NCBI GenBank assembly: GCA_951406725.2
Contig: OX597816.1
Span: forward strand, 1,674,001 to 1,738,000
DNA length: 64,000 nucleotides
From: Octopus vulgaris
Lineage: Eukaryota
Reading direction: 5' to 3'
The notes below the pieces were generated by a model. That model was not told the origin of the DNA and made no database searches. It saw only the letters and a program-made list of their open reading frames with translations. The position numbers and the translations under genes are program-made. Below are positions 25,033 to 37,279 of the stretch, piece by piece. Numbering within the stretch: the stretch's first letter is position 1; every line of letters begins with the position of its first letter.

Positions 25033-25243
25033 TTCGTTTTTGAATTTGGTTTGCTTTATGTGAGTTTGTGTGTTGAAGCATATTCTGTTGTGTCTGGGGA
25101 GAGTCATTCTCTTTTAGTGCCTTATTAGTTTAACACACTCACCGGTAAAATTTCCATTAAAGAAGGAAATAAGTGGAAATTTTACTGGTGAATGTGTTAA
25201 ATTATAGAGTACTAAAAGAGAATGACTTTCCCTAGACACAACA
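25033..25243. mobile_element. Shorter foldback copy of the 30.7-kb element, between (TA)n tracts
   Basis: Arms at about 25086-25156 and 25173-25243 are inverted. Sequence is shared with 30660-31000. Confidence 0.7.
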
Positions 25244-25365
25244 CTATATATATATATATGTATTTATTTATACATTGTTTAAATTACAATGTATAATTAT
25301 TAGCTGTTGTTGCTGCTAATAATTATACATTGATGAAACAAAAAAAAATTTTTTAATGTTCTTAC

Positions 25366-25590
25366 CCCGAAATATTAAATTACTGGATTCCAGCTGATTA
25401 ATTAATTGCTGTTGGCAGCTGATTAAATGGTTTCGGTTAGTATCGTAAGAATCATCTGGCAAATGAGAAATCTGCTTTTGGTAGTCCGACATGAGGCCCT
25501 CAACATATTGGCTGGTGGGAATCTCCTTAGGTTTGTTTCTCAATATAGCGAAAGCAATGGCAAGTTTGATTTTAAGGATGTATTGTTGCT
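25366..25590 (-). CDS. MEI4: MEI4-like exon: (E)QQYILKIKLAIAFAILRNKPKEIPTSQYVEGL...NLIFR
   Basis: ttctttcaag| acceptor and CGGG|gtaag donor, 225 nt, phase 1/1. KLAIAFAILRNKP..S..Y.E.L resembles the conserved MEI4/Rec24 N-terminal motif (vertebrate KLALALAIIRSKP, from memory). Confidence 0.85.
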
Positions 25591-26354
25591 CTTGAAAGAA
25601 TCAGGAAAAACAATTTTTGATAAATAATAATAATAATAATAATATTAATTAAAATAAATATATGGAAAGAGAGAGAAATTATGATAAACACAAATTTCTA
25701 TCATTTGTTCCCTACATATGTTTCCCCATTGTGGTGATTTGTAACCTCTGCTCTGGATGTTTCAGGCGCAAATGGATGCTGAACCATAACAGACCATCAG
25801 AGGAACACTTGGCTGCATTCTATGGCTGGAAACCCTTCTTAAAACCCACCGCTTTGCAAAGTGTAATGAGTGCTTCTTTTTGGAGAAACCAGCACTTGAG
25901 ATGATTATGATCACCTCATAACCGGCAAGGCTATGGGGCTTAAAACTGACCCAATATCTGAGGAAAATTACAAGTGAGAGACAGAGAGAAATGGACAAGG
26001 ATTAATGAATTGGAATTTCAAAGAAAAATCCTATTTTTCCTCTTCCATTCACAAAGTCGTTGCTGTTTAAGCCCCAGTTCATCACTTTGGATGAATCACA
26101 ATTATAATCAACGATGGTTCAAATCTGACCAGCCCACCTTTTTTAATTTTTTTCCCTACACTGAGTTTCTGGGACTGTTTTATCCTCTATGTCCTTTCTA
26201 GTGAATCTTTGCAGTATATTCCCCTCCCCCGCCTCCAGGAAATCATGTCCATAGATACATTTAAAGAGTCACCAGGAGTCGTTATTGAATTGACTGACCA
26301 ACTGAAAACAAAATAAGAAAAAAAAAGGGAGCTTTCTCATTAAATGTGAATTTA

Positions 26355-26359
26355 TAATG

Positions 26360-26390
<31 letters not shown>

Positions 26391-26434
26391 TAATAATGAT
26401 AATAATAATAATAATAATAATAATGATAATAATG

Positions 26435-26474
<40 letters not shown>

Positions 26475-26482
26475 TAATAATG

Positions 26483-26516
<34 letters not shown>
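26355..26516. repeat. (AAT)n/(GAT) microsatellite
   Basis: Read directly from the sequence. Confidence 0.97.
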
Positions 26517-29023
26517 GGCTCTCATGGCTTCTGATCTTAACTGATTGGAAGTGTTATCATGTACATTGTTTTGTCTTGGTATAAAAGATGGGCTACAGCA
26601 AATATTCTGCTCAATACCACAGATTTGCTTGTCAGTTGTTTGACCTTAACCAGTTGAGCATGTCCCTTAGTGGCTGACGATATGTGCATCTATGGTCCCG
26701 AGCAGGGGTAGTGGGGGAGCATCATAGCCATGTGTTGAGAGGGATTCTTTGGGGTTTAGATAATTTACCTTTGGAAACATAGGTGTTTTGTTCAACATCC
26801 TTAAGCAAACCTTATTCAGGGACCTTTTGAGTGGAATGGGCTACTCAACCTGAAGAAAATTTTAACTGGGCCTCACCTGCAGGGTCATACGCTATTTATT
26901 ATGATATAAGATCACCATGTCACGCACATATGGTTGTGATGCATGTGCCTGGTGTACCCTTATCAGACGGGTAGTCATGATGGGTATATTGGGTTTCGTA
27001 TATTTTACCCCAGTGTCACTTTGAGGGCATGATTGCTCTCTCACTCAATAATAATAATAATAATAATAATTCTTTCTATGGGCACAAGGCCTGAAATTTG
27101 GGGAGAGGGGACTAATCGGCCCTAGTGTTCCACTGGTATTTCGTTTATCGAATCCGAAAGGATTAAAGGCAATGTCGACCTCCGCTGAAGAAGAATTTGA
27201 ACGTAAAGACGGACGAAATAACGCTCAGCATTTTATCCGGCATGCTAACGGGTCTGTCAGATCGTTGCCTTTATAATAATAATGATCCTTTCTACTATAG
27301 GCACAAAGTCTAAAATTTGGGAGAAAGGGGTCAGTCGATTACATCGACCTCAGTGTGCATTTTTATTGGCCCCGGAGGTCAAAATGGACCTCGGCGAAAT
27401 TCGAACTCAGAACTCCACCGAGATCGTAAGCAGGCACAGACTTTAAAGGTTTTTCTCTCGTAATCAAAACATAAATTAAATTCCCGATACAAAATAAAAA
27501 AAGATTAATAGACATAAATTCCAGCTGGACCAACACAGAAATGACTGGCGCCAGACGACAGGACGTTGCTGGGTCTAACTGCACTTTGGTGCCCCATCAC
27601 AAATCTGTGCCCTCCTAAAATTCGGAAGTATATATTTATATTAGAGTGAAATTTCTCAAAGGTACGTTTTCGATGGTTTAGATTACAATGATATCAATAT
27701 AATTTAGGAAATAATATTTTTTTTTATGGGGATTTTCGGATCGTTATCTCCGCCCCGACTTTGTGTAACTTTAACATTTTTCACTTCATGATTTCAGATT
27801 TATATGTTTGAAACCTCAACATTTTGTAATCCAGATTCTAGAAAAAATACTTCTGAAAAATGCTATTAAAAAATATATATATACGTATATATATTTCATA
27901 CACACACACACACGTATACACATGTCGGTGTATGTATATATATATACATATATATACATATATACACATATATATACATATATATACATATATATATACA
28001 TATATATATATATATATGTACAACATGAACTGGAGAGAAGAAATTAAAAAATTGGAAGTTTTTTTTTTTTGTGAGGGGAAAAAGACAAGAAATTCTCTCA
28101 AAATCAGAAATCCTGTTGAATAAATCACGAAATTATGAGGAGGAGGAAAGAAATACCGAAATTCCTTGCAGTTTTCCTTCCCCGTGGGGCAGGGACAAAT
28201 ATTCCTAAACTTCTCCACATATATTTAAACATACCCAAGGTTTCAAGTGAAATTTCTGTTTCCATAATTTTCATAAAATATCCAGGGAGAAGACGAAGGA
28301 AGATGAAGAAGTATTTCTATTGAATGGATGAGCAGAAGAAATGTCGACTTTGACAAAACATATTTGTCGATGAGAAAACAAGCGACTCTGTTCTGCTATC
28401 TTGAGAAGGGTTGACACGACTTGTGGTGAGGGCGGTGGTGGATCTCCGTCGCTTTCGACGATTACGATTCATTGGTTCGATCAACCGAATTGCCTGCTCC
28501 TGAATGACATATAAGTGGCCGAGTATATCTCAGACATTTGTATCCTTAACGTAATTCTCAGGCAAATTCAACGACACAGTGACACGGTCGCTCCTTTTGA
28601 ATTAAAAAAACACAATCCACCCGACCGGTTTCTGTGTGGTTTTTGTCTACCCAGATTCACTCGCAAGGAATGGGTCAACCTGAGGATTTAGAGAACTGTT
28701 TATTCGAGATGCTATGGGATCGAACCCTGAGCCTTCGAGGTTGTAAAGCAAACTTCTTAATCATTCAGTCGTACTGTATTTACGTTACATAATTAGAAAC
28801 GGCATTAAACAGTTGTTCTTCCCGAGATATGGACCATGTTATTTCTGATAACTGAAATCATTGAAACAGATCCGGCCTTTCGCCAGAAGTATTACGTCGA
28901 GAGGTTCGAGAAACCGTTTTTTTTCTCTCTCTCCCCATTCTTAGGTCTAACCATCTCGAGACATTCGAGGCATCAGCAGTCTTTAAAAACCATGAAGGAA
29001 TGCAATTTTTCATAAAGACCAAA

Positions 29024-30366
29024 GGCATAACTACAGATTTCTGCCCACACCCGACTTTGGATGATCATAACTTTCAGAAAAATGGATATTTTTAATGAAA
29101 TTTTCTAAGAATATGTATTATATCATGTAAATTCCGAATATACAAAACTTTGTTTGTAGGAGGGGAGGGGAATTTCGGAAAATTCACCAACGTCTACTTC
29201 AATTCATCTTGACTTTCAAGAAAGTTGATATTCTTAAATGATATTTTTTACAAATATACATCGGACTATGTAGATTTCGAGAACATAGGAATTTGGGGGG
29301 AAAACAATTGGAGGTTACTTTTGAGGACCGTTCCCCACTCGGGGGTGTTTCGGAACAAGTCTTCAATATTTGTTTCGTTTTCTCCGTTTTGTGCGTTTGT
29401 GCATCCGTAGATTTCTAGTCCCCCCCCACACACACAAAGGAAAGACTTCCACCCCCGTCTCCCCCTCGTTTTCTCCCAAATTTATTTATTTAAAAAAATT
29501 TTTTGCCAAAAATCCCCGTTTTCGGATTCGCAGGTTCTGGAAAATTGCCAAAAGTCGGCATTGTGAACCGCCCCCCCCCCCCCACTTCTTAAATTTTGAC
29601 TTTTTCCCCCCAACCTCATCCCTAAAACTCTAACCCTAAAACCGTAAAGTACAGAAATGTTTTGAAATTTATGTTCGAATCAGAATCTCCGTATTTTTCC
29701 GCATATTTAGAAAAAATTAGAAAAATTTTACAAAAATTTTTGGAAATTTCTTTCAGAATCAAAATCTCCGTATTATTCCGCATATTTTGGAAAAAAAAAA
29801 AAATAAATGAACAGATTCTGAAAAAAGTTTAAAATGAAGGAAATAGGGGTGGGGGTGTTGCCCACACAAATATGTAATTAAAAAAGTTCAAACGGGGAAT
29901 TATGCTAGTCAATGTCCTTCTGTTAGAAAGACCTTTTAGCTGGTATTTTTAGCATAACGAGTTTTCTGGTGACAGCTTCATTACAAATCTACGAATGCAC
30001 AAAACAGAGAAAACGAAAGAAATATGGACGACTTGTTCCGAAACAAGTTCCCGAGTGAGGAACGGTCCTCAAAAGTAACCCCGAATTGTTTTTCCCCCAA
30101 ATTCCTATGTTCTCGGAATCTACATAATCCAAGGTATACTTGTAGGAAATTTCATTAAAAAAATATCTATTTTCTTGAAAGTTAAGACGAATTGAAGTGG
30201 ACGCCGGTTAATTTTTCCGAAATTCCCCTCCTAAAACACTTCCTCCCCCCATAAGTTCTGTATATTCGGAATCTACATTTCGTAGAAAATTTCATTAAGA
30301 AATATCCATTTTTCTGAAAGTTATGATCATCCAAAGTCGGTGGGGGGAGTAATCTGTAGTTATGCC
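29024..30366. mobile_element. Non-autonomous DNA transposon with about 390-bp terminal inverted repeats
   Basis: GGCATAACTACAGATT at 29024 and AATCTGTAGTTATGCC ending at 30366. Inverted similarity extends to about 29418/29982. No transposase ORF. Confidence 0.85.
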
Positions 30367-30659
30367 CAGATTAGATGTACCCCTATTTTTCAGCTCCTGG
30401 AAGTTGGGTGACATAGCTTCTGGCTCCACTCTTTCCTAATCTCAGTCTCAAGACATTAACGAACCTTTACTTCTTAGAAGCTATTCTCAGTCGCTGGTTC
30501 TTCGCCTCTCAATGAATATCATTGCAAAAGTTTCTAAAAGATATTTTTGGAGTTTTAGAAGAAGCAGTTTTGAAATTAAGAGTTAGATAATTACAAATGA
30601 TCGGAGAAGCCTCAGCATTCACTGCTTCTATAAGTTTCGACTTCTTTAATTTTTTTTCA

Positions 30660-31000
30660 TTGTGTCTGGGGAGAGTCTTTCTCTTTTGGTGCCTTATAAT
30701 GTAACACACTCACCGGTAAATATTTCCACTTGTTTATTTACTTTTCTAAAATTTTCGTTGCGTCTTGCAACCTTTTCAATAGTTGTTGACCCTCAACAAC
30801 AATGGTCAAAAACCACTGAAAAGGTTGCAAGACGCAAAGAAAATTTAGAAAAATAAATAAGTAAATGAGGGGAAATTTTACTGGTGAGTGTGTTAAACTA
30901 ATAAGGCACTAAAAGAGAATGACTCTCCCCAGACACAGCAAAATATGCTTCAACACACGAACTCATATAAAGAATCTTGCAAACCAAATCCCAAAACGAA
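30660..31000. mobile_element. Foldback Penelope-like terminal fragment with a U3-A8 hammerhead-like motif
   Basis: Arms at about 30660-30790 and 30805-30937 are inverted. Same family as 25033-25243. Confidence 0.65.
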
Positions 31001-34000
31001 ATCATTCTTTTTTAATCACGTTGTTATGAATAATGAGTTCAAATCCCGCCATCGTCTTCTTCGCTTTTCATTCTTTCGGAATCGACAAAATGAAGTACCA
31101 GCCAAGTACAGGGGTTGATGTAACCGACTAACTTCCAACCTCTGCGATTGCTGGCCTCGAGCCAAATTTTGGAACCATAATTATGAATATTAATGAGCTT
31201 TAAGACAATAAAGAGCGAATTGGAGGTTGGAAGAGAAAGAATATCGGTTCGTTTCTCTGCCAATGTCTTTCGCCCTGATATTGTTCTTATATGTACGAAG
31301 ATCTATGTCGCTGATCCTACTTTCATGACTTTACCATTTCACCAAATTCACTCAGAAGATTAAAAAGATTACATCAAGGATAATTGAGATGTTATAGCCA
31401 GAAGAGAAATTCGTTTACAGAGTTTTGGGGTAAGTCACGAATATATTTAAATTAGAAAAACAAAGCAATGCTTTATAGAGTTTTTTTTTGGCAATCTTAT
31501 ACCAGTGTTTTTCTGGTATAAAAAAAAAAAATGAAAATTTTAGATATTTAGATGAATTTCATCCTGAATTATAAATCTTTCGACTTTCCCATGATTTATC
31601 TCAAGAACAGACTGATAAGTCAGCGCTTTCTTTGCATTACAGAGAAAGCATATCATAACATGGAAAAAGAACAAAGGAAAAGAGATACAATTTTTTTTAA
31701 AATTCTAAGTATCGTATAAAAGTTCATTGAAATATTTTCCTTGTAAATGAAAGGGATGAAAGAATTATCTCCCTAACGCGTGGCTTGTGTAAGATTGCCA
31801 AGAGAACATTTCCCAGGGATGTCTTCTGCATATAGAATATATAGTTAATTGCAGCAGCGAGTTAATTGGTGTTGTGAGCTCTCCTCTCTCCTCAAAAGTA
31901 TACCAAATTTAAATTATACGTTTTAGCAAGAACAAAGTCATCACTCCAATGACAATACTTGTTAAGAAAGCAAAAGAACCAACTCAGAAATCCAAACTGA
32001 TTAGAAAATTGAATGGAAGCATGCTGTAGAGAGGGGAGGGGTGGGCTGAGCGTTTGTAAGGTAGGATAACTCCGGACATGTTTTGGTCTTGTTAGCCCTT
32101 TTCAGCGAAGCATATTCTGACTTGCATTTAGCAAATGTTATATTGACCTCGTTGCTCTTCAAATAAAAGTAATCGCAAGGGGTTTGGAAGGAAATGTTAT
32201 TTAGTTTGCAAAGTAGATTGGGAAATGATTTAAGCTATTAATAATTAGGCTTCGCTTTCCCTTGTACGATAATTATTTTTTGCTCTTAATAACTTCTGTT
32301 TAGAGACAAAAATTAAGAAATTTGCAAGAAAGCATTTCCTGTCTTCATTAACCAGCTTCTAAAACTTATTGCTCTCTACTTTTAGATATTTTTTAAATGG
32401 CGGAAATGAATGAAAAATTGAAACAAACCTATTATTCTTGATTTTTCTCTTTGTCTTGTTAGCCGCTGTTATCCTTCCATTTCCATCTATCGATCTTTTA
32501 TCTTCTTTCACTTCTCTTTCCGCCCTCCTCCTCCTCCTTACTTTCCCCCATTTCCCATCTATCCTGACACAGTGTTTCAAAATAAATTAACACTCCCAGC
32601 TCACTTCATTTCCTCTCAAAGATTCTGATCATATTCTATCTACCAACCAAACTCTTAAACATTGCACCGAGAACCTATTTCAAAACGGGACGCATGACAA
32701 ACTGTGTTGCGTAATTAACTTTAATAACTTTCGAATAAGCCTTTAATAGTAATATATATATAAATGGTACTCGCAGAACATAAATGGAAATAATAATGAA
32801 TAGTAGTTAATTAAGTGTTTCGCTGTGCTTACGTAGGAAGCAAAGCAAATTCCTATTAATAACGGAAACTTCTCGTCTAGTAATTTCAACAACATTTGGG
32901 TGTCTCTTAAATGAGGTGGAATTAAATATCACAGAACTGGAAATCTGAGGTCAAACACCTAACAGTTTTTCTATGATCTTTCCTCTTTCCACACGCAATT
33001 TCTCTCAAGTAATTCCCTTTCACTGTTTTTTTTAAAAAGTATTATTAGACATAATTACATGTTTATTCTGGTAATCTTGTCATTCTCGTCTGTATTTCCT
33101 TTCGTTCAACGTTTATTTTTATTATCGTTTTCGCCATCATCTCTTTGTACGGATATCATTTACACTTTCCCCACTCACTCAAACTACACACCTAAAAAAA
33201 GTATGGTACTCTTTCGTCTTACGATCACAAAGTGAAAGTAGAAAACTAACAAATTACCGTAACCCCAACAATCCAGAAATGTGAAAAAAAAAAAAAAAAA
33301 CGTTTTTTTTTTTCAGAAGTATATTCTCTTCCTTTTTTTAACGGAGAATTAAAAAAAAAATTGGAGGCAGAGAGGATTAAATATTTCAAAGCATTTTTTT
33401 GTGGTAGTGGCAGGGATTGCCATCTTCAACACTAAAAACGTTGGGGTGCCTCTTCAACACATTCATCTGAAGATTGCCAAATAGGGTCAATATTTAAATT
33501 TTTATTTTATGATTATAAAACGCAAAAGTACAGGAAGAATTTACTCTTCAGCTCTTGGTATCCATTTCCTCTTTTCTTTCCATTATTCTGAGTGCAGGCA
33601 TGGTTGTTGGTTGTATGGGTAAGAAATTTACTAGCAGTGACATTGTTTTTGGTTCTGTTCTACTGCATGGTACCTCCAGCAAGTGTCTTCTGCTGTAGTC
33701 TTGAGCCAACCAAAGTCTTGTAACTGAAATTTTGTACATGCAAACTGGGGTTCCCTCCAGAAAATAGTCACTTGAAGTTGAAGCAAAAGTTTAATTTTTA
33801 GTTTCACATTAATGATAAAGAATTCATTTACAACTTGAACCCGAGTGGACAAGGGTTAGCTATATGGGACGGAGGAGGCACAGATGGTCTGGGTGAGGGT
33901 GCATGGGTCTGTATTTTCAAGGAATGTGGCCATATCGAGATAACTCTAATGTTTGAGTTGATGGTTTGATGTGAATGTATTTAATATCATTTGTTTCCAA

Positions 34001-35773
34001 ATAAAAATTTGCCACCATGTTTACATGTAGCACTCTGTCAGTTAGGACGATGAGGGTTCCAGTTGATCCATTCAATGGAACAGCTTGCTGGTGAAATTAA
34101 CGTGCAAGTGGCTGAGTACTCCACAGCCATATGTACCAGTTATGTAGTTCTCATGGAGATTCAGTGTGACACAGAATGTGACAAGGCTGGCCCCCCTTTG
34201 AAATTACAGGTACAACTTATTTTTGCCAGCTGAGTGGACCGGTGCAACATATATTTCTTTACTACCCACAAGGGGCTAAACACAGAGAGGACAAACAAGG
34301 ACAGACAAACAGATTAAGTCGATTACACCGACCCCAGTGCGTAAGTGGTACTTAATTTATCGACCCCGAAAGGATGAAAGGCAAAGTCGACCTCGGCGGA
34401 ATTTGAACTCAGAATGTAACGGCAGACGAAATACGGTTATGCATTTCGCCCAGCGTGCTAACAATTCTGCCATCTTGCCGCAAAATAAAATATGTTGCTT
34501 AAGGACAATGCACTGCTGGGTATCGAACTTCTGACCTTCCAATTGTGAGCCAAATACCCTAACCACTAAGCCATGCATATTTACCAAGTTTACAATATCA
34601 AGCAATATCTATATAATGTTGAAATGGCTGAAATTACAAATAATACATTCTCAAATCTTCACAGATTTTAAACAAGACAACATTTAAAGACAAAACTTAA
34701 ATATGAATTGTGGAAACCACCACCATCATCATCATCATCATCATCATCATCATTTAACTTGTGTTGTCCATGCTGGCATGGGTTGGGTGGTTTGACCAGG
34801 GCTGCACCGGGCTCCAGTCTGATCTGGCATGGTTTCTACAGCTGGATGCCCCTCCTAACACCAACCAATCCGAGAGAGAGAGTAATGGGTGCCAGTTATG
34901 TGACATTGGCACAGGTGCCACATTGTCTCTGTGAGGACCAAAGTGATTTAAAAGTTGTGATCGCATACAAATACTAATTAATATAAAATGATTTGGGAAA
35001 GTTGCACAAATGTATATTTTTGCAGGCATGGCTATGTGCTTAAGAAGTATTCGCTTTCCAACCATATGATTTCAGGTTCACTTACATTGTGAGGCCCCTT
35101 GACTTTCAGACTGATTAAAGCTTTGTGAGCCTTCTGAATAGATTTGGGAAACAAAAACTGAAACAAGACCATTCTTGGCAAGAAAGAAACCCTGTCTTTT
35201 TAGATGCATCAAAGACTACATTATTTGATTTGTTCTTTCCTCTTATAAGTCAGTGGGGTGTAATTTTGATTGAGATTTCATTGTCATGTCTAGCAGGGCT
35301 TTTTGGACATGATCCAACCTGTGGCAATGTTTAATCCAATCCCTGGCTCAGTGTTAAAAAAAAAAAAGATTTGGCATTATTTATTAATTTTTAAATATTC
35401 TGTAAATATATACATCATTAGCCTGTGTTCAGGATCAGAACCTGACTAAAGTTGTGATTAGTCAAATCAGTGCATCTGAGGGAATCTTTAGATATCTCAA
35501 CCAATGAAAAAGAATTTTATAAATTGAAATACTAAAGGATGTGATCTATCTCCCTTTCACTTTGTTTATACACAATGAGCAGCCAAATGGAAGTTTTTCT
35601 TCTGTATTTTTTATAATTCATATATCTGCTTATCTGAATGGATTCTGGTGACTTGAACTATATTGAAAGGTTTTGCAGCTAAAATAAAGCAAGCTCTTTA
35701 TCAAACCTTGGTCTTCTCAATGACTAGGCATTCATTTGGACAATTTCTATCTCTGTCCTCATTCTAAGAACAT

Positions 35774-35820
<47 letters not shown>

Positions 35821-36011
35821 TCATCGTTTAACGTCCACTTTCCATGCTAGCATGGGTTGGACGATTTGACTGAAGTCTGGCGAGCCAGATAGCTGCACCA
35901 GACTCCAATCTGATCTGGCAGATTCTACAGCTTGATGCCCTTCCTAACACCAATCCCTCTGAGAGTGTAGTCGGTGCTTTTACATGCTACCGGCACGAGG
36001 GCCAGTCAGGC

Positions 36012-36079
<68 letters not shown>

Positions 36080-36193
36080 CAGATGAATATGGTACTTAAG
36101 TTGAAGGCACCAGAATTTAGTACGGTATTATCCATACAATTTCAAAGTAAGATGATTAAAATCAAAATAAGCAACAAAGATATCCAGAGGTAA

Positions 36194-36278
36194 TGCAGTA
36201 TGATCGTTTCATGCAACTCCATTTAATTGAACCATGCAATCATTACATCAATCTAAAATGCAGAGCAATCTTCATCTG
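36194..36278 (-). ncRNA. Degenerate hammerhead-like motif with long stem II (left arm of an inverted pair)
   Basis: cag-ATGAAGA-[long hairpin]-GAAAC-gatc-ATA-ctgca. Combining the intact positions of the two arms gives canonical CTGAAGA...GAAACGATCGTA. Confidence 0.55.
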
Positions 36279-36949
36279 ATGAGTTAGTATTTAAGTGTAC
36301 AATATGTATAAATATTAAACTATTTCTGGATAATTTCTTTTCCTCCCTCTATTGTGGTAAAAGTTGGATATATACTCAAAAGTATTCGTAAATTTCTATC
36401 TTTTTGTTATAACATTCTTCTTAATAATCCTTTGAATAACCCTAAACTTTAACTGTATACAATATAGCAACATTGTTTAAAATATTTAACTGTAGTACTA
36501 CATGATAAGACTTCCCCTGTTTCATTATCAATGGTCTGCTAGTGGGCAACCCCCTTAATTGTCAGCTAACATCTTGTTTTAAGTTTTCCTTTACCAGACC
36601 TCATGATATTGCTTCTAATAAGTCTTGATTTTCATGACTATACCAATTATGACGGCTGTCTGCTCCCTCAGCCCTACCCCTAACAGATACTGCCCTTTGT
36701 TCTCTCAGCCTTAGATATACAAGGGATTTGATAAACTAGTCTATAAACTAAAGGTGACCCCATAAAAACAAAAAAATTAGTGACAGGCAGAGTCTGTAAC
36801 AATGTATATCTTCTTGAAAAATTCAGTAACTTCTAAAATGGAGTTGGGACAGCATGTTCTTTGTCCATCTCCTTAACTTCTTGGAGATTTTAGGTATAAT
36901 TATACTAATGTGTCCATCTGTTCTAATTCAATTAAATTCTATGTCTTTG

Positions 36950-37036
36950 TGCAGCTGAGGGTTGCTCTGCATTTTAAATTGATGTAATGATTGCAGTGTT
37001 CAATTAAATGGAGTTGCATGAAACGATTGTACTGCA
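36950..37036 (+). ncRNA. Degenerate hammerhead-like motif with long stem II (right arm of an inverted pair)
   Basis: tgcag-CTGAGGG-[long hairpin]-GAAAC-gatt-GTA-ctgca. Confidence 0.55.
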
Positions 37037-37067
37037 TTACTTCTGGATATCCTTGTTGCTTATTTTG

Positions 37068-37116
<49 letters not shown>

Positions 37117-37231
37117 TAGATAGATAGATATACCAGAGTAAACACATAAATGTGAAACAAGGTGGAAAAAAGAGTACTCAAATACCAGTGGTAGAGTAAT
37201 ATGCTTTATTTAAAGCAGCAGAAAATTCAAC

Positions 37232-37279
37232 AAAACCTGTTACTCTGAGTTTCACGTTCCCGTTCGTCGGACAGTTTTT
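37232..37279 (-). ncRNA. Type-I hammerhead-ribozyme-like motif in a short Penelope-like element
   Basis: Minus strand reads aaaaactgt-CCGACGA-acg(ggaa)cgt-GAAAC-tcaga-GTA-acaggtttt. All three stems form. The core differs from CUGANGA only at U4C. Confidence 0.7.

Noticed and set aside
26357-26584. Poly-Ile ORF resembling a membrane peptide
   Set aside because: (ATA)n microsatellite.
29619-29647. taaccctaa telomere-like motif
   Set aside because: Only one or two degenerate units inside a transposon core, not an interstitial telomere array.
30509-30709. 66-aa minus-strand ORF as a possible first MEI4 exon
   Set aside because: Starts inside a foldback repeat, with no convincing phase-1 donor or motif.
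32833-32895. Minus-strand ATG...TAC|gtaagc mini-exon (MLLKLLDEKFPLLIGICFASY)
   Set aside because: The phase-0 donor is incompatible with the phase-1 MEI4 exon, and there is no other support.
33282-33315. A17-CG-T11 palindrome resembling a terminator hairpin
   Set aside because: Homopolymer juxtaposition is common in AT-rich DNA, and there is no other evidence.
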